A stretch of 64,000 bases of DNA from Candidatus Bathyarchaeota archaeon (GCA_963714275.1 CAVQNT010000002.1:416001-480000), one strand, 5' to 3'; positions 1-10,517 are shown, counted from the stretch's first letter. Numbers and translations are program-made. Notes: generated by a model from the letters alone, not told the origin.

Positions 1-689
1 GAACGACCCACGTCTTGCGACACTTAATCCAGGCGTAACCTTACCAAATCAACAGATCATCGTTTGCCACAGATCAGACTCAAGTGGAACAACTGCTGTA
101 TTCACTAGTTTTCTTTCGGATGAAAACGTAGCATGGAAGAACAACTTCGGAGCAAGCAAGGTCATCACATGGTCTGGCGGAACGCTGGGAGGAAGCGGGA
201 ACACGGGCGTAGCTGCATTAGTACAACAAAATCAGTACTCAATCGGTTATGTCGAACTCACCTACGCGCTGCAAAATGACATGCCATACGGAAAGGTGCA
301 GAATCCCGCAGGCATATTTGTTGAACCCAGTATTCAAACTCTCGCAACCGCAGTTGCTGTATCATCTTTATCTCTACCTCAAGGGGACCAAAGACTGGGC
401 ATCTGTAGGAAACTACTTCAACCTACACAAAGTTGCAGATCCAAAAAACAGCTATCCGATAACCAGTTTTTCATACATCATTGTCTACAAAGAGCTAAAT
501 GTTGTACCAAAAATGACGAAAGAAAAAGCAACGGCGCTAGTGAAGTTCTTATGGTATGCGACTCATGAAGGACAATTCTACGCTTCAGGACTCTCATATG
601 TTCCACTACCACAACAAGTTATATCGCACAACGAGGCAACAATTCGAATGATAACCTTTAACGGACAGCAAATAGCCACATGGTCATAG
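1..689 (+). CDS. pstS: Phosphate ABC transporter substrate-binding protein PstS (5' truncated by window edge, one frameshift near 390)
   Basis: Translated motifs HRSDSSGTT, IGYVELTYA, NPAGIFVEP, YPITSFSY, YVPLP are split over two frames; first gene of the pst operon. Confidence 0.93.
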
Positions 690-702
690 AGCAAGACGAA
701 AA

Positions 703-1708
703 ATGAAAAAAATCAAAAAAATCTCCGATTTTTTCTCAAATTCAGATCAAAAACCTAAAATGGGTTTTAAGAAGAAAATTACGGGTGACGTATTATTCAG
801 GATATTCACTGCTTTAGTGATGTGCAACATTTTTATCATAATCGGTCTCATGCTCTACAAGATTACTGAAGGATCCAGATTGTCTATCGAGACATATGGA
901 TTGGGATTTTTAGGGGGAACAAAGTGGCAACCTTTTCCCCCAATACCTAGTATGACACCATCTTTTGGAGCTCTTCCTGCAATTTGGGGCACTCTTGTTA
1001 CTTCTGCGATAGCCCTCCTTCTGGGGGTTCCTATAAGTCTAGGCATAGGTTTAGCCCTCTCCGAATTCACTCCAAAACGTTTTAACTATATTATCTCATT
1101 TCTCGTAGAGTTATTAGCAGCAATTCCAAGCGTCATATATGGACTTTGGGGAATTTTTATTCTAATTCCATATCTACAGCAAAACATATATCCCCCCTTA
1201 CAAGGAGTGTTTGGCTTCCTTCCTATTTTTCAAGGACATGTATTTGGACCATCCGTCTTGACAGCTGGAATTGTTCTTGCCATAATGGTTATTCCTACAA
1301 TTTCAGCTATTTCGAGAGACGTTTTTTCGAGCTACCCCCAGCAATCAGCGAGAAGCCATCATTGCCTTAGGCGCTACAAGATGGGAAACAGCGAAGATTG
1401 TTATCAGTTATGGGCGTTCCGGAGTGATCGGAGCAATAATTCTTGGTTTAGGCAGAGCTATAGGCGAAACAATGGCTGTAACAATGGTTATTGGAAACTC
1501 GTTTAATATGTTCAGTTCGCTTTTTGAACCTGGCTATACTTTGCCGTCAATTATAGCTAATGAGTTTACAGAAGCCAGTTCGCCTCCTGTGTACATCTCA
1601 GCCTTAATTGAGGTAGGTCTTGTTTTGTTTGTTCTTGCGTTAGTTATCAACACTTTAGCCAGATTGATAATTTGGCGCAGTACCAAGATTGCAAGAGGGG
1701 CAGTCTAG
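703..1708 (+). CDS. pstC: Phosphate ABC permease PstC (frameshift near 1330)
   Basis: ELLAAIPSVIYGLWG and GRAIGETMAVTMVIGN motifs in ORFs 703..1506 and 1424..1708. Confidence 0.93.
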
Positions 1709-1709
1709 A

Positions 1710-2552
1710 ATGAAGAGACGTACTATAAGAAAAATTAAAGACCGAATAATGGTCTCTCTCGCTTACTTGGCTCTAGTAATCGCCCTCATTCCGCTAATAA
1801 GCATCCTAATAGAGACCATGTTGAGAGGCGCTCCAGCAATAAACCTACAATTTATTACTGACCGAATACCACCTCTAGGTCAATCTGGCGGCGGAATCGG
1901 ACCTGCAATTCAAGGCACATTAATCGTGGTAGGAATCGCATCCTTGATAGGAGTTCCAATTGGAGTATTTTCTGGAATATCTTTAGCAGAACATCCCGAT
2001 ACTAGACTAGCCTTGGTAGCAAGATTTCTAAACGATGTCTTAACTAACATGCCTTCAATCGTCATAGGAATTTTAGGCTGGACCCTGATAGTAGTCGTGA
2101 TCGGATGGTCAGTAATTGCGGGAGCTCTTGCATTAGCCATAATGATGATTCCGATAGTCACGAGAACAACAGAAGAGGCCATAAAACTTGTTCCCGCCTC
2201 AATAAAAGAAGCCGCAATAGCTTTAGGGGTGCCACGATGGAAAACCACAATAACAGTCGTCTTAAGTAGCGCCAAAAAAGGCATAATCACAGGAATACTG
2301 CTTTCAATCGCAAGGGTCTCTGGTGAAACCGCACCACTCCTTCTAACCATACTAGGTAGCAGATTCTGGTTCAGTGGATTCACTGAACCGACGGCAGCTT
2401 TACCATTAACAGTCTTCAATTTTTCAAAATCTCCCTACAGCACTGTGGATTGGCCTAGAGCTTGGGGCGCATCTCTGATTTTAATACTCATGATTCTCGG
2501 GATCAGCGTCGTCGTAAGGTATTTCACAAGGGAAAAATATGCAGAAGTGTGA
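1710..2552 (+). CDS. pstA: Phosphate ABC permease PstA
   Basis: [27 protein letters not shown] motifs; ATG at 1710. Confidence 0.95.
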   Translation: MKRRTIRKIKDRIMVSLAYLALVIALIPLISILIETMLRGAPAINLQFITDRIPPLGQSGGGIGPAIQGTLIVVGIASLIGVPIGVFSGISLAEHPDTRLALVARFLNDVLTNMPSIVIGILGWTLIVVVIGWSVIAGALALAIMMIPIVTRTTEEAIKLVPASIKEAAIALGVPRWKTTITVVLSSAKKGIITGILLSIARVSGETAPLLLTILGSRFWFSGFTEPTAALPLTVFNFSKSPYSTVDWPRAWGASLILILMILGISVVVRYFTREKYAEV

Positions 2553-3357
2553 AACAAGTTTACCTATAGAAGCAAAAGAAAAACTGGTAAGTGAACTAAT
2601 GAGTTACAAAATTGAAATTGAAGGATTGAATGCGTGGTTCGAAAAAAATCAAGTCTTAAAAGATATCAATATGAAGATACACGAAAATGCGGTGACGGCA
2701 ATAATTGGACCCTCTGGATGCGGAAAGACCACGCTCATTAGATGTCTTAATAGGATGCATGAACTAGTTGCTGGAGCACGAGTTTCTGGAAAGGTACGAT
2801 TAGACGGAGAGGATGTCTATGGCGATAATGTCGACCCGGTTACAGTCAGAAGAAGAGTAGGCATGGTTTTCCAAAAACCAAATCCGTTCCCAATGATGTC
2901 AATCTACGATAACGTGGCTGCTGGACTAAAGCTAAATGGAGTAAACGATAAACGCAGACTTGATGAGGCTGTCAAAAAAAGCCTGGAGTCAGCAGACCTT
3001 TGGGATGAAGTCAAAGATAAACTGGATAAATCAGGTGCAAGTCTGTCTGGAGGGCAGCAACAAAGGCTATGCATGGCAAGAGCCCTGGCAGTGGAACCTG
3101 AGGTAATTCTGATGGATGAGCCGTGTTCAGCTCTAGATCCAGTTGCGACTGCAAAGATTGAGAGTTTAATGCGGAATTTTTCAGAAGATTACACAGTTGT
3201 GATCGTCACGCACAATATGCAGCAGGCTGCAAGAGTCTCAGATTACACAGCTTTTCTTTATCTTGGACAACTGATTGAGTACGGATTAACTAAAGATATC
3301 TTTGAGAACCCGAAGAATGAACTGACAGAGAAGTACATGACTGGAAAGTTTGGTTAG
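2539..3357 (+). CDS. pstB: Phosphate ABC ATPase PstB (true start may be 2599)
   Basis: [36 protein letters not shown]-terminal TGKFG. Confidence 0.97.
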   Translation: MQKCETSLPIEAKEKLVSELMSYKIEIEGLNAWFEKNQVLKDINMKIHENAVTAIIGPSGCGKTTLIRCLNRMHELVAGARVSGKVRLDGEDVYGDNVDPVTVRRRVGMVFQKPNPFPMMSIYDNVAAGLKLNGVNDKRRLDEAVKKSLESADLWDEVKDKLDKSGASLSGGQQQRLCMARALAVEPEVILMDEPCSALDPVATAKIESLMRNFSEDYTVVIVTHNMQQAARVSDYTAFLYLGQLIEYGLTKDIFENPKNELTEKYMTGKFG

Positions 3358-3368
3358 GTGAATACGTT

Positions 3369-4007
3369 TTGAGTAGATTGCTTGATAAAGGTTTAGAGGA
3401 ATTGACGGCAATTATAGTTAGAATGGGAGAAATAGCGGAAGAAACAGTGGAAGTCTCGATTGATGGGTTTCTTAAGGGTACAGACGTTACCGACCGAGTA
3501 CATTCTCTATCAGAAATTCTAGTTAGCATGAGCGTGGATGCCGAGGACAAGGCATTTGAACTGATAGCCAAATATCAGCCCGTGGCATCCGATCTCAGAA
3601 TCATAAAATCATACATAAAAATCACTCATGACCTCGAAAGATATGGCAGATATGCTTGGGACATTTCTTTCATCCACAAAAGACTTGCCCAGATAGAAAG
3701 ATGTGAAGATCCATGGGCGCTCATAGAAGGGATGACCGAAAAAGTAATAGATATGGTTCATGCCAGCGTAGAAGCTTTAAGAAACCATGATGCAGAACTG
3801 GCTAAGGCATTGGCTAGAACCGAGAATGAAGTCGACGAAATATACTTCAAGTATCTAGACCTTTCGGCAGAAGCCTCAATTTCAACTAGGTGCTTAATCA
3901 CCAATGTTCTGGTTGTTAGATATTTGGAGAGAATTGCTGATCATGCGACATATATGGGCGAATCAATTGTCTATATTGTCACAGGAGAGAAGGTGATTCT
4001 TAGATAA
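3369..4007 (+). CDS. phoU: Phosphate uptake regulator PhoU
   Basis: YQPVASDLR, DLERYGRYA, LERIADHA repeats; operon position. Confidence 0.93.
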   Translation: MSRLLDKGLEELTAIIVRMGEIAEETVEVSIDGFLKGTDVTDRVHSLSEILVSMSVDAEDKAFELIAKYQPVASDLRIIKSYIKITHDLERYGRYAWDISFIHKRLAQIERCEDPWALIEGMTEKVIDMVHASVEALRNHDAELAKALARTENEVDEIYFKYLDLSAEASISTRCLITNVLVVRYLERIADHATYMGESIVYIVTGEKVILR

Positions 4008-4077
4008 CCATTCGTGACAATCATGGTTTAAGTTAAATCATGGTAGTAAAATAGTGTGGGAGGAGATATAGAGAAAA

Positions 4078-4746
4078 ATGGAAAAAAGAAGCTACAGTTG
4101 GTTTGAAAAACGACGCAGAACAGAAGCTTTGGACATGGCCCAAAACCAAATAACAAAAGCCCTCGAAACAACAACTCTGCTTCATAAGGCGATGCAATAC
4201 CTTTCAAAAGGAAAGAAAAAAGAGGCAACACAGTGCATCGAGGACCTTTTCAAGACAGAAGAAGAAGTGGATAACCTAAGAAGGGAAATTTTTAAAGAAT
4301 TGTCAAAGGGCGCAGCTTTACTCGCAGAATACCGTGAAGACTTAATGCACCTTGTGAAACGCCTTGATACACTCGCAGATTACGTTAAAGATGCTGCGAG
4401 ATGCGTAAAAATGCTTGGAGACTCCCAAATCCCACAAGAACTGTTGGAGAGCACGTCTCACATAACTTCTTCTTTGGTAGAATGTGCCAGCGCCTTACGT
4501 GGAAGTATCGAAAAGATTTCAGCGAATCCGACAGAAGCCTTACAGGACGCCAAGAAAGTTGAGCAAATCGAACATGAGATTGACCAAGACTACCTTGATA
4601 TCAAGCCTTTATTCATTAAATATGCTGAAAAGATCAATTGTGGCTCCATGGTTATATTCGATGATCTAGTCGAATTCATAGAGCAAGCTGCAGACATGTG
4701 TGCGGACACCGCCGACTACATTGTGATACTTGCAAGCAGAGAATAA
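4078..4746 (+). CDS. DUF47/TIGR00153 PhoU-like phosphate transport regulator
   Basis: EEEVDNLRR, REDLMHL..LD.LAD, EHEID, AADMCADTAD helical repeat. Confidence 0.85.
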   Translation: MEKRSYSWFEKRRRTEALDMAQNQITKALETTTLLHKAMQYLSKGKKKEATQCIEDLFKTEEEVDNLRREIFKELSKGAALLAEYREDLMHLVKRLDTLADYVKDAARCVKMLGDSQIPQELLESTSHITSSLVECASALRGSIEKISANPTEALQDAKKVEQIEHEIDQDYLDIKPLFIKYAEKINCGSMVIFDDLVEFIEQAADMCADTADYIVILASRE

Positions 4747-4752
4747 GAGTAA

Positions 4753-5289
4753 TTGAAGAATAGAGAACATTACAGATTCAAAAAACTTGGGATGAAAAGC
4801 ATGAAGAAAGTCCTTTTTCTATGTACACACAATTCGGCACGGTCACAAATGGCTGAAGGGTTGCTTAGGCATTTTTATGGTGAAAAATACGAAGTCTTCA
4901 GCGCAGGTTCAAGCCCGACGCAGGTTCATCCCCTCGCCATTAAGGTTATGGCTGAGATAGGGATAGATATTTCAAAGCAGACTTCCAAGAGCATTGAAGA
5001 GTTCCAAAATAAGGATATTGACATAGTTGCATCAGTGTGCAGCAGCAGCCCGAAAATCATCTGTCCATTTTGCTCCTCACCGATGCTTCGAGGCAGACCT
5101 GAGATAATTGACACGACATTACCTAGAGCAAAACATTATCTCCACCATGGTTTCAGTGATCCTTCCGAAGTGGATGGAAGTGATGAGGAAAAGATTGCTG
5201 CCTTCCGACGCACAAGAGATGACATCAAAGAGTGGATATTCGGTTATTTTGCCGATCTAAAGACAGACAGCTCGAATAGTCGTGCATAA
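4753..5289 (+). CDS. arsC: Arsenate reductase, LMW-PTP fold (probable start ~4801)
   Basis: FLCTHNSARSQMAEG P-loop; F.DP; AFRRTRDDI. Confidence 0.9.
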   Translation: MKNREHYRFKKLGMKSMKKVLFLCTHNSARSQMAEGLLRHFYGEKYEVFSAGSSPTQVHPLAIKVMAEIGIDISKQTSKSIEEFQNKDIDIVASVCSSSPKIICPFCSSPMLRGRPEIIDTTLPRAKHYLHHGFSDPSEVDGSDEEKIAAFRRTRDDIKEWIFGYFADLKTDSSNSRA

Positions 5290-5300
5290 AACATTTTGAG

Positions 5301-5320
5301 TCTAGCTGAGAAACACTGGT
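5301..5320. repeat. Palindromic repeat family B, left half-site TCTAGCTGAGAAACACTGGT
   Basis: CTGAGAAACA (5306-5315) is the exact reverse complement of TGTTTCTCAG (5888-5897); TCTAGCTGAGA recurs at 10104. Confidence 0.45.
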
Positions 5321-5362
5321 CGCGAGTTCAACGGAGCCAAAAAATTTCAAAAACGTAAGTGA
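5321..5362 (+). pseudogene. Remnant of a tyrosine-integrase 3' end (REFNGAKKFQKRK*)
   Basis: Peptide parallels the C-terminus of the integrase at 14413..15672 (CDYGDRKVLRKRK*); last 12 nt AAACGTAAGTGA vs AAACGCAAGTGA. Confidence 0.5.
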
Positions 5363-5522
5363 TGTACCATTATAATGTCCAAATATTAGTAATATGATCT
5401 ATTTGAACTATCCAAGTCAGATTTCAATAAGTCTTTCAGCAAGTCGCAAACTCCTCTCCCTTTTTATATATAACATTAAATAACAAGTTAATCTGCAGAA
5501 ATTTTTTGGTCGGGATTAAAGC

Positions 5523-5699
5523 ATGTATTATCGAAAAGAAGGCAAAATGTTTTTACAGAAAGAAGTAACAATTGGAAAAATGGAGAAAGGTTACATAATA
5601 ATTTTAAGAACCAAAAAAAATCCGGAGTTTCCAGATGAAGATGTGTACGTTACTCTCGATGAGGTACTAAAAAGAGCCAAAGAGTTTTTAGAAGAATAA
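5523..5699 (+). CDS. Small hypothetical protein (58 aa, MYYRKEGKMFLQKEV...KRAKEFLEE)
   Basis: Read by hand, below the ORF-track cutoff; preceded by TATA-like TTTTTATATATAA near 5460. Confidence 0.55.
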   Translation: MYYRKEGKMFLQKEVTIGKMEKGYIIILRTKKNPEFPDEDVYVTLDEVLKRAKEFLEE

Positions 5700-5876
5700 A
5701 CCCTCTAGGGGTCTTTGATAATTTAGACATAACATTTGCTTAAATGAAACGATATGTGTCATAATGTTGCAGATTGTTTAACTAGCTGTATGGAATCAAG
5801 CAGAGAAAACGTAGTGTCTGTTTCCCAATGTTTCTGAATTGGTGCACAGCGTTAGGTGGCACGAAAACTACATATC

Positions 5877-5897
5877 CTGGTGTTAACTGTTTCTCAG
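5877..5897. repeat. Palindromic repeat family B, right half-site CTGGTGTTAACTGTTTCTCAG
   Basis: Shares CTGGT with 5316-5320 and completes a 10-bp inverted repeat with 5306-5315. Confidence 0.4.
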
Positions 5898-5943
5898 ACA
5901 ATATTGGTAGAAGAGGAAGAGCAGTTATCGGCGGGTTTAAGGT

Positions 5944-6963
5944 ATGAATAGACTCTCCATTCCAGAACCCGTATCTGCGGGAATCTTACTTACGTACAAA
6001 TGTAGCAGCACATGCAAACATTGCATGTATGCTTGTTCTCCAAGCTGGAAAAGCGATTGGATCTCTGAGGAAGACCTAAAAAAGGTTCTGGCACAACTGT
6101 CAGGCAAGATTAAAGAAAATGTTTATGGACCAAAAAGTGTTGGAGTAAACTCTGGGCTCCATTTTACCGGCGGTGAGCCTTTTCTCAATTTTAACCTTCT
6201 TCTGCAGGCGGTGCAGATGGCTGTTAAACATAGGATTCCTTCTGTTTTCGTAGAAACCGATTGCTTCTGGTGTGTCAACGAAGAAACTGCAAGAGAAAAA
6301 CTCAGACAACTAAAAGATGAGGGATTGAACGGCATATTGATCAGTGTAAACCCGTTCATACTTGAACAAGTACCATTTGAAAAAACCCAAAGAGCAATAC
6401 GGGTGGCTAGAGAAGTCTTTGGAAGAAACCTGATGGTTTACCAAGAGGTTTTCTATCGCCAATTTGAAAGATTTAGACTGAAAAGTGCTTTGCGTTTTGA
6501 AGAATATTTGAAATTGTATGCTGACAGTCTGAGCTTTGCGGAGCTTATCCCGATGGGCAGGGTTCCATATAAGCTTGGGTTCCTATACAGGAAACATCCT
6601 GCAGGACAGTTTCTAGCAGAATCCTGCAGAAACGAGTTAACAAGAGAATGGCATGTTCATGTTGACAACTACTGTAATTACATGACTGGCTATTGTGGAG
6701 GCATTTCTCTAGGAGACGCGAGACGCTTGAACACTATTTGCAGTGAAGGAGTAGACTTGGAAGAGCATCCGGTTCTTAAGGCTCTAGCGAACAATCTTGG
6801 AGAACTGTACGAGTTAGGCGTTGAAGAATTTGGCTACAAGGAAACAAGCGAAGGTTACATCTCTAAATGCCATTTGTGTGTAGATGTTAGGAAACATATT
6901 GTGCAGGAAACCGATGAGTTCTCGGAACTGAGCCCAAGAGAATTCTATCAAGGTTTATGCTGA
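5944..6963 (+). CDS. Radical SAM protein
   Basis: CSSTCKHC (CxxxCxxC), FTGGEPF, C-terminal Cys motif KCHLC. Confidence 0.9.
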   Translation: MNRLSIPEPVSAGILLTYKCSSTCKHCMYACSPSWKSDWISEEDLKKVLAQLSGKIKENVYGPKSVGVNSGLHFTGGEPFLNFNLLLQAVQMAVKHRIPSVFVETDCFWCVNEETAREKLRQLKDEGLNGILISVNPFILEQVPFEKTQRAIRVAREVFGRNLMVYQEVFYRQFERFRLKSALRFEEYLKLYADSLSFAELIPMGRVPYKLGFLYRKHPAGQFLAESCRNELTREWHVHVDNYCNYMTGYCGGISLGDARRLNTICSEGVDLEEHPVLKALANNLGELYELGVEEFGYKETSEGYISKCHLCVDVRKHIVQETDEFSELSPREFYQGLC

Positions 6964-7839
6964 AAAAAGGTTCTTCAGAACAGCAGATAGCAAGTCACTA
7001 GATAGCATCTTGACAGGATGGCTTAAAAAAGGGAAGCTGAAAAATGGCATAAATCTTACGGGGAAGAATAATGACAAGCGCGCACGGAAATCCTGATGTT
7101 CTTTCAAGGGAGCTTCTACATTCAACACTTGATTATAGCTAAGCTGGCTTTGGGATAGTGTCTTGACTATTCTTCTTGACCCACTACTTTCAATGTATAA
7201 CATGATTACTTCGGGTTCTTTGGGGATTTCTTCTCTTATTCTTCTTAAGAATTCGTCACTGTGAATCCAGTCGCGTACAAAGAATAATAGGTAGCCATAT
7301 TTTACTTCGTTACTTACCTTCTTCTTTGGATCCTTAGTTTGTTCAAGCGCTGCATAGTCACTTAGTTTTAGTCTGTCCCACTTCATGTGGTGGATTGCAT
7401 CCCCAAGGTTAGAATTGTGCTCGACTAGGTTGAATTCAATGGCGATGAACGTTTGTTGTTCTTTCTTAATGTCTTCAGTTTTACTGGCACGAAACAACCT
7501 TTCATTGACTAATGTTGGATTCCAAATGCACAGGTCGAAATGGCCACGCGACCCTTCCGGCTCGATTTTTAGATGTTTCCTGCTGTATCTTTCTTTCGTT
7601 GGGTACTCCTTATGCAATAGAATGCTCTTCTTCTGGTCACATGTTTCAAATATGCCATCCAAACCAGATTGAACCAATTTACCATAAAGTTGGTTGTAGA
7701 GAAAGCAGTGCAGATCACTCTCGATATAAAACAAAAATGGATTCGAAAGGAACGTCTCTACCGTTTTACTAATGCATTCTTTTACAATGTCCACTAATAC
7801 TTTATCCTTAGATGGCACATTCGCTTCCGATTGCTTCAA
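6955..7839 (-). CDS. Hypothetical protein, probable PD-(D/E)xK restriction-endonuclease-like fold (real 3' end probably ~7130)
   Basis: ESDL helix, GHFDLCI, IAIEFN, D..KL pattern; the last ~55 aa look like non-coding read-through. Confidence 0.55.
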   Translation of the reverse strand: MKQSEANVPSKDKVLVDIVKECISKTVETFLSNPFLFYIESDLHCFLYNQLYGKLVQSGLDGIFETCDQKKSILLHKEYPTKERYSRKHLKIEPEGSRGHFDLCIWNPTLVNERLFRASKTEDIKKEQQTFIAIEFNLVEHNSNLGDAIHHMKWDRLKLSDYAALEQTKDPKKKVSNEVKYGYLLFFVRDWIHSDEFLRRIREEIPKEPEVIMLYIESSGSRRIVKTLSQSQLSYNQVLNVEAPLKEHQDFRARLSLFFPVRFMPFFSFPFLSHPVKMLSSDLLSAVLKNLFSA

Positions 7840-7894
7840 TTCAGACCCTCAGTATTTATAATTATTTTAATGATATCTTATTGGTGGTTATAAA

Positions 7895-8488
7895 TTGTGG
7901 ATGGAATATCGAATCGCAGTAAATTTTGAGAGACAAAAAGAAATTATAAAACAACTTAGAAAACACATACAAGATTTTGAAGAGCATGGGCTTATACAAG
8001 GATACGCATTTAATCATTATTACAATTTGTCTAGTGAACCAGACACACTACGCATAAGATTCGATTATCAAAATGAAGATGGACAGAATATAGTTGAGAA
8101 AGAGTTTGAAAAGGAGGTTAACCAACTAGTTCCACATTATACTTTGCAGAAATGCCCTTGGGATAGTGATGAGGAAGTTTTAAAGGCTTATGAGTTGGGT
8201 TCAAGATGCGCCTTTCTCTTTTGGGAGTTGATGGAAAAGGGAAGATTTTCAGTAAATTACCTTTATGATTTCCTGCCTTCATTGGGACAGCAGTCTCAGA
8301 TAAGCCTTAATTTTCAACGGCATTTTAATCACGGCATCATGAACTCACTTGGTGTTCCAAAGATACCGCAAGAACAAATAATCCACTTTATGGCTTTATT
8401 GGAAACTACAGGATCTTTAAACTGCTCAGAATTATGTAGTAACATTCAGAAAAATCCATTACTATCAAGCCTTATCATAATTCGTTAG
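7895..8488 (+). CDS. Hypothetical protein resembling a lantibiotic/thiopeptide dehydratase C-terminal (elimination) domain
   Basis: GLIQGYAFNHY..PDTLRIRF, GSRCAF, HGIMNSLG..QEQ pattern recognised by eye. Confidence 0.5.
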   Translation: MWMEYRIAVNFERQKEIIKQLRKHIQDFEEHGLIQGYAFNHYYNLSSEPDTLRIRFDYQNEDGQNIVEKEFEKEVNQLVPHYTLQKCPWDSDEEVLKAYELGSRCAFLFWELMEKGRFSVNYLYDFLPSLGQQSQISLNFQRHFNHGIMNSLGVPKIPQEQIIHFMALLETTGSLNCSELCSNIQKNPLLSSLIIIR

Positions 8489-8609
8489 TTTAGGTAATGC
8501 AACCCTTAATGATTTCAAGTCCTTGAATTCTGCTTGGATCTATTCCGGCTTATAAATTTGTTATAGTGAGCTAGAAGGAAGTTGCAAAACACACATTCCT
8601 TCTTCTTCT

Positions 8610-8652
8610 GGTTTAGAAGTAGTAGTTCCCGCAACTCACGGGACTACTACAA
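8610..8652. repeat. Hairpin repeat family A, copy 1
   Basis: GGTTTAGAAGTAGTAGTTCCCGCAACTCACGGGACTACTAC: stem GTAGTAGT(T)CCCG/CGGGACTACTAC with one extra T. Confidence 0.8.
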
Positions 8653-8892
8653 CTAGATTAAACATTCCAGATAATCTTCTAAGTGTTGAATAATCTCTCA
8701 GGATTTTGTGTGTTGCGTTGAATGCTTTCTAACAGTAAAGTCTTAACCAAGCTGAAGTTTTGAGGCTGAGAACAATCAGAAGTTGTTGCCCACTCTGTTT
8801 CTGTAAGATCAACATCTTCTAGTTTTAATATTCAACAGAATTTGCATCTGTAGACCTTTTAAATGATAGAAATCAAATAATTGTATCGAATA

Positions 8893-9856
8893 ATGATCAT
8901 GAAGAAAAGGAAAAAAATCGCCACTGCATGTGCTTTCATGACTATTGTAATAGTTTTTGTTATCTTCTGCGTACCTATGGGTTTCCACCTATTCAATGTT
9001 TTTTGGGCAAAGAGACATTATAAACACTGTCAAGGAAATTACCGCGAACGAGACTAACTCGGTCGCCATTCTAAACAAAATTGCAAATTGGCTTAACAAT
9101 CACATTACGTATGATGCGCATGGATTCTATTTTTATCCGGTGCCTCCGTTATTTCTAGGCAGAAAGGTTCCGGCAGATCCTGCCTGGACAATGACCATTA
9201 GATGTGGAGCATGTGAAGAAGAAGCTGTCCTATGCACAGAAATGGTCCGCTCAATAGGGATGCAGGCCAGAGTAGTGTATAATCCCGCTGAGGATCACAC
9301 TTGGTGTGAAGGCCTGATTAATGGGTCATGGGTTCATTTTGATCCGGGACTCTCGGAAGATAAGAGATTTAATAACCCCGGCTTTTCTGAGTGCCCTAAA
9401 CCGAATGGATGGTGTAAAGAACTGTCCTATGTTTACTTTATGAATGCTGACGGTAAGCAGAATGATATCACCAAGACATATACCGACATTGGAAGACTTA
9501 TTGTTCAAGTCGAGAAAGATGGTCAGCCGGTAAAGAACGCTAGAGTTAAAATAGAAAGCAGATTCCTGATGCTAAACTACCCATCTTCCTACAGTCAACC
9601 CCAATTCTGCTTAGAAAATCGGACTGACGACAAGGGTCAATGCATATTCGATTTGGGAGGTAACAATTACACTGTTAGTGCTGAATTAGGGACTATCCTT
9701 GGATATAGAAATGAAAGCATCATAAGCCTCAAAGAGAACAGCAAGACATCCGTGACCTTAACTCTGTCCAATTTCTCTCCCCTCATGCCGATTGATTATG
9801 TCGTGGCAACATTGGTTGTAGCACTCGCTGTTACCTTGTTACTATTGAAACCATAA
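8893..9856 (+). CDS. Membrane-anchored transglutaminase-like (Cys-His-Asp) protein; N-terminal frameshift near 8955
   Basis: GACEE, DHTWCE, WVHFDP catalytic triad; N-terminal basic+hydrophobic segment from ~8893, C-terminal TM helix. Confidence 0.82.
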
Positions 9857-10100
9857 TGATCTACAAGAAATTAAAGATGCATACTCCCAACAAAAGAGGA
9901 GACAGAAATCCCAATAGCCATGATATCAGGATTTCAAGAGACTCTTAGGGAAAATGAATTCATACTCAATACAGAAAATTAGCCTATATTAACCCACCAT
10001 CTGTAAAGTATCATTTTATTTGTCCGACTCCATCCCACAAATTTTAGACTTGATGAACGGGGCAGTTATGGGTTCTATTCTTATCGACTTATCTAGCGTA

Positions 10101-10137
10101 GAATCTAGCTGAGAGCTGACTAGCGTATGTTTCTCAA
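10101..10137. repeat. Palindromic repeat family B copy
   Basis: GAATCTAGCTGAGAGCTGACTAGCGTATGTTTCTCAA; 13/14 match to 5298-5311 and a TGTTTCTCA right arm. Confidence 0.4.
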
Positions 10138-10474
10138 AAAATCGAAAAGGATGTTATTGAAGGCATAGAAAAATTCTGTTCAGAAGACTTAGATTATACC
10201 TCATGGGGTAACTTTTTGGTTTTATACATACTTTCAGTAATAACATTCTGTCATGAAAGATTCACTCGTTACCCCGACCGTGAATTTGGTCCTTCAGACT
10301 ATCAAATAAGTTTGGGAATTGTCGATGATATTCAATCCATCTGGAGCGAACTTGAACAATTATTTTCACTAATCGAATAGCTAGCAAAAATTATTGAAAT
10401 CGACTAAATAGATGATTCCGTCTTTAAACTCAATGATTTAACCGATAAAGTCAACATCATCAAAAATATCATTT

Positions 10475-10517
10475 CAGAAGTAGTCCCCGCAACTTACAGG
10501 ACTACTACTTTTAAACC
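10475..10517. repeat. Hairpin repeat family A, copy 2
   Basis: CAGAAGTAGTCCCCGCAACTTACAGGACTACTACTTTTAAACC; shares the loop CCGCAACT.AC.GG with copy 1. Confidence 0.8.

Noticed and set aside
5720-5750. Xer dif-like site TTTAGACATAA-CATTTG-CTTAAATGAAA
   Set aside because: Only one arm resembles archaeal dif; the second arm is not complementary
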